Positions 26,994-39,700 of a stretch of 64,000 nt of DNA are shown here, piece after piece. Both the position numbers and the translations under genes were made by a program. The number at the start of each line of letters is the position of its first letter. The stretch's first letter is position 1. The notes under the pieces are model-generated. The model had not been told where the DNA came from. It searched no databases and was given only the letters and a program-made list of their open reading frames with translations. Origin of the DNA: Azolla caroliniana (Eukaryota > Plantae > Polypodiophyta); assembly GCA_043228905.1 (NCBI GenBank), contig JBHGNT010000009.1:9362001-9426000 (forward strand), written 5' to 3'.

Positions 26994-28309
26994 CTATCCT
27001 AGAGTGCTGAACTTCGCAAAATTTTGCGAGACAAAGGAGGACTTTCACAACATATATGGTCTGTCGTTTGAGGGTATTGACCCTACTGTTCTAACAGATA
27101 GATTGATTAGTGATGTAGTCTGGATATCGGTATATAAAGTGCCTAGAGTGAAAGGCAAGGTCAAGGTCAAGCATGTACGACCGGACCTGTACGACGACTG
27201 CATGAGACTGCACCAAAAAGTACATCAAGAGATCCCAGTCAACAACAAGTTGTCCGTTTCATTTGCCAGAGCTTTTGCATACGAGTATTGCAAAACAACG
27301 AAGGAATCTCGTGACCCTGAAATGTACAAGGTAGCTTGGGAAATTTATGGTGAGGCGTCAGTAGAAAGATGTTGGAAGATGGGGAGCTTGCAACAAAAAA
27401 TGGCAAGATTTTGGAGCATGGCAGTTGATGATGCAACTGCCGACTCCCAACAAACCCGCAAGTATACGCCACACCGACACACAATGAAAGGCAATGTCGA
27501 TGATACAGGTGAGACATTGATTAGCTATATGCTAAAAAATGTCCATCACGCCTGTGAGACATTGGAGTTTTTTAAGACTGATTTAGAGAAAGCAACATTG
27601 GCAGCTACGATGGAGAGCAACGTCACTTTGGCAGTTACAACAATCAGAAATAAGATTCAGGTATCTATTGTTTTGCTAGTATGTAATATGTTATAAATAA
27701 CTTGTACATGAAAATGTGCTACTGAGGCATTATCTGGAACAGGTTTCTCAACATGAACTTGAAATTGAGGGGTCGTTGGATCCCCAACGGAAAATTCAAC
27801 TGCACATAGAGATCTAGGTTCTTTCAATGAACCTGGACCTTCCAGGTGTAAATACTATCGCTGATTACAATTTGGAAAAGCTACAAGTAAGTTAATGATT
27901 CTTGTTTCTTGTTGTTGTATCTTCCTCATTAAGGAATAATTAATCAGTAAATTTCTCGGCTACGTTGAAGGAACAATACTCCCGTCAAGAACAGGTAGTT
28001 AGCTGCCTTAAGAAGCAACTACGTTTTGCGGAGGGGATGGTAAGGAGCAGACAAGAATTGGACCTGAACATTCTTGCTCCCTTACCAAATGAAGGAGAAC
28101 CAGGAATGATATATTGATTGTTCAAGCACGTTGCATCGCTTGTGGATTACGTGTAGAGGACAAATCACCTACAACCATGCCAACACACATACCATATCAT
28201 TTGTTTTCAATATGCCTATTGCATTGCTGCATTCTGTTTGGGGGATTGTAGTACAACTCTCCCAGATGAGTGGAGAAAACACACAGGTAAAATTGCTGCT
28301 TGTGACCAT

Positions 28310-29545
28310 AGTGTAGCTAATTAGTTCCAACTTTGCTAATTAGGTAAGTTGTATAAAGTGTGGAAACTATTTAGCTATTATGGTTGTAGTGTAGTAGCTA
28401 ATTACCTAACATGTAGTTAATTAGCTAAGTGGTAGCTAATTAGCTACTACCATACTTTAGCTGAGTAGCTAATTAGCTAAGTGGTAGCTAATTACCTACT
28501 ACCATAGTTTAGTACAATAGCTAATTAGCTTGGTGGTAGATAATTAGCTACTACCATAGTTTAGTACAATAGTTAATTAGCTACCAGTTAGCTAATTAGC
28601 TACTAGCCAACTAATTAACTACTAGCCAGCTAATTAGCTACTACTTAGCTAATTAGCTACTATCATAGTTTAGCAGAGTAGCCAATTATGTAACTGGTAG
28701 CTATTTAGCTAATACCATAGTTTAGTACAGTAGCTAATTAGCTAAGTGGTAGCTAACTAGCTAAGTGGTACCTAACTAGCTAAGTGGTAGCTAATTAGCT
28801 ACTAACATACGTTAGCTGAGTAGCTAATTAGCTACCACTTAGCTAATTAGGTACTGCCATAGTTTAGTACAATAGCTAATTAGTTAAGTGGTAGCTAACT
28901 AGCTAAGTGGTAGCTAACTAGCTAAGTGGTAGATAATTAGCTACTACCATACGTTAGCTGAGTAGCTAATTAGCTACCAGTTAGCAAATTAGGTACTACC
29001 ATAGTTTAGTACAATAGCTAATTAGCTAAGTGGGAGCTAATTAGCTACTACCATACTTTAGTTATAATGGCTAATTAGCTAGTACCATACTTTAGTACAG
29101 TAGCTAATTAGCTAAGTGGTAGCTAATTAGCTATTACCATAGTTTAGTATAGTACCTAATTAGCTAAGTGGTAGCTAATTAGTGACTACCATACTTTAGC
29201 TGAGTAGCTAATTAGCTAAGTGGTAGCTAATTAGTGACTACCATACTTTAGCTGAGTAGCTAATTAGCTAAGTGGTAGCTAATTAGGTACTACCATAGTT
29301 TAGTACAGTAGCTAATTAACTAAGTGGTAGCTAATTAGCTACTACCATAGTTTAGTACAATAGCTAATTAGCTACTACCATACTTTAGTTATAGTGGCTA
29401 ATTAGCTAGTACCATACTTTAGTTGAGTAGCTAATTAGCTAGTACCATACCTAAGCGAAGTAGCTAATTAGCTTAGTGGTAGCTAATTAGCTACTGTCAT
29501 AGTCTAGAAGAATAGCTAGTTAGCTAAGATGTAGCTAATTAGTGA
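28310..29545. repeat. Tandem array built on palindrome TAGCTAATTAGCTA (intron of cargo gene)
   Basis: Dozens of variants of AAGTGGTAGCTAATTAGCTACTACCATAGTTTAGTACA between donor 28287 and acceptor about 29559. Confidence 0.95.
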
Positions 29546-31437
29546 CCATGTTGTTGTAGAATCTTGTGGATTAAGGAGGGCGCATGAACTGTTTGGTGCT
29601 GATGATGTTGTAACCGATGAGGAGATAGTTGCCAATGTGGTTGAAAGTAAGAGTCTTGCTATCACATCTCTTTCAGATCAGCTCCACCCTATTATTTTGG
29701 AAGATGGTAATGAATTAGGCAATGATGTGAAAAGCCATGAAATATTGGAAACATCATGTAAATCTGAGGTTCACAACAATAGTGTTTTTGAACACTTGAT
29801 GCAACATTTCTTTGAATCCCAAAACCTTGATTCCACCCCATTGAGCCCAACTATTGATAATGTCCAAACAGATCCCATTGTACTGGAAAAGCTAGTGCAA
29901 GACACGGCTGACCTGCAAGCCGCTGCTGAGGTGATGGAAAGGTTGTCGGAGGAGGACACACTTGCGCAATGGGTCAAAGAAGCAAGGCTAAATGTGCAAC
30001 CAACTAGAAAAAGGCTGAAGAAGGGGCCACGATCGGGGACAAGACTAGTTACTCGGTCATGGGGCTCTTGAATTGGAGGGAAATACTTATTAGTGGGATA
30101 TGATTGTTAGTGATTTTCCTAGGGTTTTATGAAGTTTTACTATGATCTATTTGGACAAGTAAAACCTCAGATTGGTTGTTGCTTGATCCACATTATGTAA
30201 TAGAACTCTATGATGCTTCTCCAAGATAATTATGTTCATGTTTCTATGATGGAAAATATTTCATGTTCATTATGTTGTTTTGTGAGACTGTTAGTTACTT
30301 TGTGAGTGTGAATATGTTGGTGTTTTCTAATGTTGCAGAGTCTATAGGGTTTGAATCTATTGCTCCTAAGGCCGATGGTAGTGTGGAAACAATTGATGTT
30401 GCTACATGTTTAGAGGGCCACATCTTGAAAGTAGATGTAGCAACTGACACAAATAATCTGGTCATGCAAGTTGATCAAGAATGTTGCACAGATGATCTGA
30501 TTTTGCAAGTAGATGCAATATGTGATACTAGTGGGTCGATATTGACCAGATCAGTATCTACATGCATCGAGCCAATGACTAAGTCGACAACGCAAGAGCA
30601 CCATAATGTGAAGCCAGGCCCAACACAGTCGACCAAGGGTTTGAAGAGGAAAAGGACACCAATTGTGCTGACAGAACCTGAGTTGATTGAAATTGATCAT
30701 GTGCTACCAGTAATTGGTGTAACAGAGGCTCAGTTACAGGAATGGAAACCTAAACCATTAGAAGTTGAAAGAAGAGCCTTGATCTTGGAGCTTGATAAAG
30801 TCCTGATGAGTGTGCGATATATGACACCAAAGAGGGACGCAAATCAATTTCTGGAGTGGGTTGTGCAATACTTTGATTTGTTTATTTGGAGCGAAAAACC
30901 ACGTACAAATGTGTGGAAGTGTGTTGAAAAATTCTTCCTGAAGTGGTGACAACATTTCAAGGGTCAGTGGACACGAGAGATTTGTGAGCAGAATGATGTT
31001 GCAAGATTCAAAAGACTTTCTGATTTTTGGGACACTTGGCCAGATTATAATGCCGACAATACGTTGATTCTGGATATAGAACATTTCCGACATTACTTCA
31101 ACATTTGCAAATGCTATCAACTATTTGGTGAAAACACTATTTGGTGAAATGCCTGAACACTATTTGGTGAAAACATTGAGCTGCCAACTAGCTACATGGT
31201 TGTGGACTCCATACCGAGCTCAGTATGTAGATCATATATGTAGAGAAGTTCCACTTACTAGCAAGAGCTTAGGTGTTTATAGGCGATTTCAAGACATTGG
31301 CAATGGGATGTTATAAATATGTAATTTGCTACCACTTAATCAATGAAGAATTAAATTGTTTGTTTTGAGTAACTTTTCTACTGTGTAATTTTAAGAGTAT
31401 GTTTAGGATTGCTGATTTCATGATAGTGCTTTTTCTT

Positions 31438-31672
31438 AAAATTATGCAAACTATTTTAAGTTGTACATGGTTCACTTGAGTAAATCTATATTTCAGAAAG
31501 AAGAACCCTAAACAATATTATTAAACTGTATATTAGAAAGAAGACTGTATATAAAAATTATGCAAACTATTTTAACTTGTACATGGTTCACTTGAGTAAA
31601 TCTGTATCTTAGAAAGAAGAACCCTAAACGATATTATTAAACTGTATATCAGAAAGAAGATTGTATATAAAA
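31438..31672. repeat. About 117-bp direct tandem duplication between the convergent gene 3' ends
   Basis: AAAATTATGCAAACTATTTTAA...GTATATAAAA occurs twice. Confidence 0.85.
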
Positions 31673-32591
31673 ATGACACACGATTTTGTTGAGAAAGAAG
31701 CACAAAAAGTAGACTATGTATAAAAAAAAAACCTCCCAAATAGGTCCATTAAATTGTTTATTTGCAATACATGTGCTTTGTTTGTTTTACAAGAAAACTG
31801 GTAATTGCTACTTGTAGCTACAAATTCCATGGCATATTGTTGTAAATACATTCATACACATTAACACTAACTGTGTATAAACCTGAGCAGCTATTGTATT
31901 GCAACATTGGGACATTGATGCACCTGACCAAATGAGAGTACATGTATGCCACTGGTTTGTCTTCTAATAGCCTATACACATAATCGTAATCATCTAGTCT
32001 TGCATAAAAAATACCTTCAATGTAGAATGTCCTGGTAGATACAACATTTCCCCAAGCATCTAATATATTCTGCGTTGCACACTGTTATTGTGCACTTCAA
32101 TATATAGAAATCAACACCCTCTGAATGGCCTTCTTCTGCATTTACAACGAAATTATCCCCAACATTTAAGACATCACTCAGAGTATCTCCATGTCCTTGA
32201 TATGTGAAGTCCGCATTCTTTTTTGTTTCTCCATCAATTGCTTCCTTATCATTCAATGTATGATACTCCCAATTTTGAATATATGCTTTGTTTAAACAAT
32301 ACGTCCAATTTCCCTGCACACAATGGAAACAAAAACAAGTTAATTCTCTAACCGCAATACAATGACCATCCAACCTAGAATAACCGCGAACAACATGGAG
32401 AGATCGCAATTCGGGAATTCCTTGGCACTCCCAGGTCTTCTCCCTCTTTACTTCATCTATCTTCACTTCCCAAAATTTACGTTTGATATCTCAGACCTAC
32501 GCGGAATAAACACCAGTTGCACTCGTTGACATATTAGCTCTTAAAAATTCAACTACATGTGCTGCATAATTCATCTGCCTTTAGTTGTTCA

Positions 32592-33016
32592 TGTCATAGA
32601 CATATGCCACGAAAGAAGGTAGGGATTGAAGCCAAGACCTCATGGTCTCTATTGGGCAACCATACCACTTGAGCTACATATGCATCCTTGTATTTAATTC
32701 AACTTCATATAATGTAGATTGACCATTGGAAGTTCCTAGCTTGCATGTATTCTCATTTTCTAGCTTACATGCATCCTCATGCATTCTCTATTGCATGCAT
32801 CCTCATGCATACTCTATTGCATGCATCCTCATGCATACTCTATTTCTAGTTGGCTTACATAGCCCTACCTTCTTGTATAAATACTCATGTGCACCTTGAT
32901 TCTAATCAAGGTTAACAACACAAATTACGGGTTCTATAAGTTGAGTTCTTGTTCTTTTACTCTCTCTTGTTCTCTTGTCTTATCTTTGTTCTACTCTATT
33001 ATACTTGTCCGTGATA
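32592..33016 (+). mobile_element. Solo LTR (Tcn1-like start TGTCATAGAC) in the transposase
   Basis: TSD GTTCA (32587-32591/33017-33021), TATAAATA at 32876. Removal restores ALTHEQLK. Confidence 0.9.
32622..32676 (-). promoter_or_regulatory. tRNA-like Pol III A-box/B-box module, antisense within the LTR
   Basis: Minus strand: TAGCTCAAGTGG, 32 nt, GCTTCAATCCC. Confidence 0.55.
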
Positions 33017-35113
33017 GTTCATGGGTAAGTGCCTGCTTTATAACAGCACCTGCACCATCATGTTCACCTTTACCATGGCTAGACCCAAAAAAATTCCATC
33101 TCATCTCCAAACCTGTTATAGCAGGATACCTCCCCACAAAATAAAATGGACGTCTAGCCTTGATTTGTGATGTAGCTCCATCAGACCAGGCCCAATGTTG
33201 AGTAAGCTCCAAACGTTTAGCTAATAACCATTGCCAATGTAAGTTAAAACAATGATGGACGAACAAGGTATCATGCTTCTTATCATCAGAAATAAAAAGA
33301 TGAATTACTTTTTTAACATCACCTGAAACTCAAAAATATGTTACGTGCACAAAAATGGTTACTTGCGTTGAACACAAATGCATAGATTGAATTTCATTAT
33401 GCTGCTTTAAAGTATAATTCTCTGCGAAATCTACTACCGAGACTACTACATCATTCGGAAAATTAGATATGCAAGTCTTAAACTGATGGGCTTGCCATGA
33501 ATAAATGAAGTTGAGTTTAATGAACTTTCCTAGAGATACTACAAATAGAGACGCCAAATCCCTTGGTTTAAGCGACTTCCTAACTAGATCCTTTCTTTTA
33601 CACACATTTCCTTCGAAATTGGTGTCAACTGACTCAAATAACTTGACAAAGATTAGTATTTCACTACTCAATTCATTTGGACACCACCTAAATCTACTAG
33701 GGCCACAATCTTGACATAAACCCATGACACATTTATGACTGTGGAAGATGGCCTCAATTTCTGTCGAACACAATACTGAATCTAAAAGACAACTCATGGA
33801 AGAGATAACATGCTCAACACGTTCCCGTTCACAAGTGGAAGGATCACACATTCCATTTATAGATTCCTTTTATAATCTTGCGATTTTAGACAATTTTCAA
33901 AAACTTGATACACTAGTATCACATGTTTTAAATAGCATGTAAAATTTGCTAATTTTTTGAGATTTAACAAGTTTCAAAATGATAATTTCTAAAATTGAAT
34001 AGTTTTTCAGTAAATGTTTAAATGTTGATGGTTTGCAGATATGAAATGTAGTTAATTTAAAGAAAATCACATTGGTTAACTCAAGGCACAAGTTAAGATT
34101 AATGGTTTCACCATCTTGATGAGATTAAGATTACATCTTTTGTTAGTCTTGAAAATGTTTTAAGTATAAGAGGTAACCTCTTTTATTTGAAAAACAAGAA
34201 GTTTTTTAAATATGAACTCGATATGTTGTATCAAGTTGATGTAAAAAACAGAGTTTTGATCATAATTCTAGACAATGTATTGAATTCATGTTCAAAGTTT
34301 TTTTACCAAATTTAAATAATAATAATAATAATAATAATTTGAGCTTGAGTTCATATAAAAACCAGATTTTTCATCACAATTCGATACAATATATCGAGTT
34401 CATGTTTAAAGTATATTTTTCTAATTTTTTTTCCAATTTTTTTCCATTTTTTTCAATTTTATTTATGGAAAAGAATAATTTAAAACATGAATTCGATACA
34501 TTGTATCGACTTGTGATGAAAACTCTATTTTTTTTTATCATTTATTAAAGCTCAAAAAACAAAAAAACAAAAAAACAAAAAAACAAAAAACCAAAATAAA
34601 TAGAAAAAAAAGCAATTTAAAAAAAAAACATGAAATAAAGCTTTAAACATGAACTCGATACATTGTATCGAGTTCATGTAAAAAAGTTAGCTTTTCAACA
34701 TGTTCGTGTAGAAAAGTCGACGTTTTTAAAGCTTTTTTAAAAATTTGCTTTTTTTTCTTTCTATTTATTTTGGTTTTTTGTTGTTTTTTTTGAAATTTTT
34801 TTTGAGCTGTAATAAATGATGAAAAAACCAGATTTCTCATCACAAATCGATACAATGTATCGAATTCATGTTTAAAATTATTTTTTTCCATAAAACAAAT
34901 TGAAAAAAAATTAGAAAAGTATACTTTAAACATGAACTCGATACATTGTATAGATTTGTGATGAAAAATCTGGTTTTTATATGAACTCAAGCTCAACTTA
35001 TTATTATTAATTATTTTTAAATTCGGTAAAAAAAACTTTAAACATGAATTCAATACATTGTATGGAATTATGATCAAAACTTTGTTTTTTACATCAACTC
35101 GATACAACATATC

Positions 35114-35547
35114 TGTCATGAACACATGACCATTATGGCGTCACCCGGACTTGAACCTCGAACCTTGTAATTCATACTTGAAAACCTCAACCATTAAGAT
35201 AGCTTATTGTTATATGAAACAATAAAAGCTACTTCTTGTATTACATTGATTATTGTAAAAACTCTAGATTATTCTAGAATGTTCTAGAATGTCCTAGAGC
35301 ATTCTAGGTCTAGAACATTCTAGAAATCTCTAAGCTATTCTATAGGAACCTATAAATAAGGGCATACATGTATTCTCAAATCAATTCGAATCAACACCAA
35401 TATTTAGCTCTCATTACATATCTTGTATCCATTCTCTTTCTTTCTCTATCTTATACATCCATTCTTCTCTTAGTATTTCGTTCCTTTCTTCTCGTGTTCT
35501 CTAATATCCTTCTTCCATCACTCTATCTTTTATCCTTGGTTCTGACA
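35114..35547 (+). repeat. Gypsy C 5' LTR
   Basis: TGTCA..TGACA; TATAAATA at 35351. Confidence 0.95.
35147..35201 (-). promoter_or_regulatory. tRNA-like A-box/B-box module, antisense in U3 (copy at about 41173-41227)
   Basis: Minus strand: TATCTTAATGG, 33 nt, GGTTCAAGTCC, then GGGTGACGCCA. Confidence 0.55.
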
Positions 35548-35549
35548 GT

Positions 35550-35561
35550 TTGATTCGAATT
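35550..35561 (+). promoter_or_regulatory. Self-priming PBS
   Basis: TTGATTCGAATT is the exact reverse complement of AATTCGAATCAA (35383-35394), about 25 nt downstream of the TATA box. There is no TGG tRNA-type PBS. Confidence 0.8.
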
Positions 35562-35607
35562 CTCTCTCTCTCTCTCTCTTATCCTCCTTTGTAACCATCC
35601 TGAAACC

Positions 35608-36767
35608 ATGGCTGCCATTAACTCAGAAGAATATCTCACCCTTGTTGCAGAAATGGAGAACCTTAAATCCAAGTTCGCATCTCTTGAAGTAGAGAATCAA
35701 TGTCTACTTGGGGATCTACAAAAGGTTACTATAGAGAAGCAACAACAACAAGAGGAGTTCACGCGACGAGTGCAACAATTAGAGTCGACAATCGTAGTGT
35801 TACAACAACAAAGGGTTGAAGGTCAGGGACTTATCAAGGAGCCCAAAATTAGCCTCCCAGCTAAATTTGATGGGTCGAGGGCGCATGTCCGAGGTTTCTT
35901 GAATCAAGTACGGTTGGTGATTCAAATGCATCCCGCGCGCTATCCAACAGATGCATCACGAGTCGGGCTAGTGGGCACCTTATTGACTGGTATAGCGTTG
36001 TCGTGGTTTGCTCCATTGCTAGAGACCAATTCTCCTCTACTTAATAATTTCGAGGAATTTATCAAGGAATTTAAGGCTTGTTTCGGAGATACTGATGGGG
36101 CGAGAACAGCTATCAACAAGATTCGTACACCTCGTCAAGGTGATCAACCAGCTTCGACATATGCTGCCAATTTCCGTCTCATCGCAAGCGATATTCCTTG
36201 GGATGAACAAGCCCTAATGGAGCAATTCCGTTCAGGCCTTCGTAGTGATGTCAAAGACTTCTTACCTTCCTTGAGGATCCAAGGTCACTTACAGAAGCTA
36301 TTAGTCGAGCAATACAGTGTGATAATCGCCTTTTTGAGCGTCGATGTGAGCGACAACAACAAATAACAAGATCAAGATTCACACCAACTTATGCATCAGT
36401 AACGGCGCAATCATCCCCAAGGCAAATGTATAGCCCTGCTCCAACTCCAAGGCAAACACGTAGTCCAGTCTCAATGGATAGTCCTGCACCCATGGAGATC
36501 GATATGACTCAACGACGAGGACCGTTGTCAGACGAAGAGAAGCAACGTCGTCGAGCAAACCATCTATGCTTATATTGCGGAGGTCCAAGACATATAGCCA
36601 TTCATTGCTCCCGTAGGCCAAGACGTCAGGTAAATCAAATTCACTATGACAATAAAAATGAGTCCAATATTTTAGAAGTAGTTAGTGAATCTAATATTAT
36701 GAATAATCCACCCTTGTCCAATAAATTTGAAGTCCTAAGCCAATTAGAAGAGGAGTCAAACGAATAA
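35608..36767 (+). pseudogene. gag: Gypsy C gag (frameshift about 36265)
   Basis: EPKISLPAKFDG, PMEID, and CLYCGGPRHIAIHC knuckle (PEG10/sushi-like gag). Confidence 0.9.
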
Positions 36768-39700
36768 GTCCGGCCAAAATAGGAGCCATTTGGTTGGACA
36801 ACTCTAGATATGTACAACCTAGTGTGGGTTCCATTTCTTCCAAGCATGTTAGTAGAGTCTTCTCAGCCCTAGTACAAGTTAGGACACCCAGTTGTCAACT
36901 TCAAGTCGAAGCCCTCTTAGATACTGGAGCCAATTCTTGTTTCATGGATAGAGATTTTGCCCAAAAACACCAAATATCCTTGCATACACTTCCTTGTCCA
37001 GTTTCTGTAGTAGTGATTGATGGATGCCCCATAGCTTCCGGGAAGATATTTGAAGAGTCTGAGCCAATACACATACTCTTGGGTGATATAGGATGTGTAG
37101 TTTCCTTTAACATAATCCGTAGTCCTGAGCATCCAATTGTCCTCGGTTTGCCATGGTTCGAGCTACATAACCCTAGAATCGATTGGAGGAAGCGAGAAAT
37201 TAGGTGCCCTTTAGTAGAAAATATCATTGTCAAGGATCGAACTCGGGAGTATCCTCCTAAAGTATATAGTTCTACCGATGCACCATATCCTTCTTATCAA
37301 ATTTCAGCCATCACATTGCAACAATTGTGCCAAGTGGGAGGCAAGGAGGAGTTTTTTTATTTGCAGTATCAGTGACACCTTCTAGTGTCACTCAAGGGAA
37401 TTCAAACATCCAAATTCCCAAAAAATATCAAGACTATGCTGATGTTTTTGACAAAGTCAAAGCTAGTGTTCTTCCAAAGCATCGGCCGTACGATTGTCCT
37501 ATTGATCTCCAACCAGGAAAAGAGCCACCGTGGGGTCCGATTTACAATTTATCACCCACTGAGCTTGAGGTTCTTCGAGAATACATCGAGGAAAATCTTG
37601 CACATGGGTTTATTCGACATTCAAAGTCTCCAGCTGGTGCTCCTATCTTTTTTGTGAAGAAAAAGGACGGCTCCCTTCGTTTGGTCGTGGACTATCGAGG
37701 CTTAAATAAAGTCACCATAAGGAATAGGTATGCTTTACCTTTAATCTCCAATCTCTTAGAATGCATTGGTGGGGCAAAGCATTTTACCAAAATGGATCTA
37801 AGGGGTGCATATAATCTTGTTCGAATTCGGCTGGGAGATGAGTGGAAAACAACATTTCGTACTCAGTATGTTCATTTCGAGTATACAGTCATGCCTTTCG
37901 GGCTCACAAATGCACCTGCCGTATTCCAACATATGGCAAATGACATCTTCCGGGATTTATTGGATATTTTTCTAATCATCTACCTAGATGATCTATTGAT
38001 TTACTCTAAAACACAGGGGGAGCATGATATACATGTGCGGCAAGTACTTGAACGCCTAAGGAAGTATGGTCTTTACGCCAAACTTGAGAAATGTAGTTTT
38101 GATTGCAAACAAGTCGAATTTTTGGGATACACTATTTCATCCCAGGGTGTTTTCATGGACCCGGCAAAAGTCCAAACAATATTGGAATGGAAACCCCCAT
38201 GCTCAGTTCGGGATGTCCAGTGTTTCCTCGGATTTGCGAACTTCTATCGCAAATTCATACATAATTATTCAAGCATTGTGTTGCCCCTTACTCAACTCAC
38301 CAAGAAAAATCAAGCATTTTTTTTGGAGTATCGAAGCAGACAAGGCTTTTACGCAGCTGAAAGAGGCATTCACATCAGCACCCATCCTAGCACATATTGA
38401 TCCTGAAAAGCCATTTACTATTGAGGCGGATGCATCAGACTTTGCATTGGGGAGTATCCTATCGCAACCAGGCGAGGACGGGCAGATACATCCAATCGTG
38501 TTGTCGTAGTGTATTTTGTACACTACGTGAAAAACGTATATAGTATTAGATTCAATAAAAAATGAAGAAATAGAAGAAAATAGCAAAATAAATGGAACAT
38601 GCATAGGGCAAGATTCGAACCTTGCACCTCCATGTTAATAATGTAATGTCTTACTATTACACTAGCATTTCATTAGTGTTAAAGCATAGATGTCCCACAT
38701 AGAAAGGTAAATTCACGCTAGGATAAACATTAGAAAAACGCATAACAAAAGAAAAAGCTACACATACACATTTAGCGTGCATGATAAAAAACGCACAAGT
38801 TAGAAAAAAGCATGATCACTTTAGATAAAGCATATAGTCTATCTATAGGAAAAGCATGGGGTCTATAGTTAGAGAAAAAGCATGGATTACTAAGACTTCC
38901 TCATCACTACATAAGGATGGGAAGCACAATGTAATTATGTGTGAAAAATATTTGGAAACTGGATATGTTTCTAAAAAACACCAATTAATAAACTATACTC
39001 GTGGGATTCACGAGAATTCTATATCATTCTCTTTCAACCGAAGTTTATATTCTTATATTCATATTGATTAATCTAATACAATACACTCGTGGGATTCACG
39101 AGTTTGCTATAACTCTTTCTTACAACATATTTATATTCTTATTAGCCTTAAAACTCTCCTCTTCCTAGTCCAAAACCTCGGCGGTTCCCACCCGACTCAC
39201 GCAACGATCCGGAGCCGAAAGGCATGACAGCGTTTCACTCGAGAAAATTTACTGTTTCGGAGATAAACTATGAGGTACATGACAAGGAGTTACTAGCTGT
39301 GGTCGACTCATTCGAGCAATGGCGTCATTTTCTAGAAGGATCACCTCATCAGATTATCATGTATAGTGATCACAAAAATCTCACATATTTTCAAACAACT
39401 CGAGTATTAAATAGACGACAAGCTCGATGGGCCCAATTTCTAACGCGTTTTGATTTCAAGATCATTTTTCGCCCCGGAAAACAACAAGGGAAAGCTGATG
39501 CTCTATCTCGACGTTCGTATCTAGCACTTCGACCTGGAGATCCAGCCTTTGACAATCAAAAGAAAACTCTCCTCGGGCCATCAAAGCTACAGGTAACAAC
39601 AATTTATGCCACACCACTTGATTCTACCCTTCTTGACACTATTCGGCAACAACTTCATTCAGATGATTTTGCTAAGGATGTCTTAGCCCACTGTGGTTCA

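Larger units (their letters stand above)
26125..31316 (+). pseudogene. Spliced cargo gene(s): unknown N-terminal domain, RING-H2-like finger, acidic linker, FCP1/NIF (HAD) phosphatase-like domain
   Basis: GT-AG exons at about 26125-26153, 26519-27660 (minus solo LTR), 27743-27886, 27971-28286, 29560-30071 and 30339-31316. CIAC...PCQHTYHIIC...C..DC lies at 28132-28250 with frameshifts. ALILELDKVL...KRDANQFLEWVVQYFDLFIWS...FKRLSDFW...YNADNTLILD lies at 30775-31080. Confidence 0.65.

Noticed and set aside
28310-29545. CRISPR array or telomeric/centromeric satellite
   Set aside because: No unique spacers; confined to introns of a TIR element.
32592-33016. Second TG..TA family
   Set aside because: Single copy, and TGTCA..TGATA is one C>T change from the canonical TGACA.
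35136-35205. Functional tRNA genes at the A/B-box modules
   Set aside because: No convincing full cloverleaf or anticodon arm; reported only as tRNA-like promoter modules.
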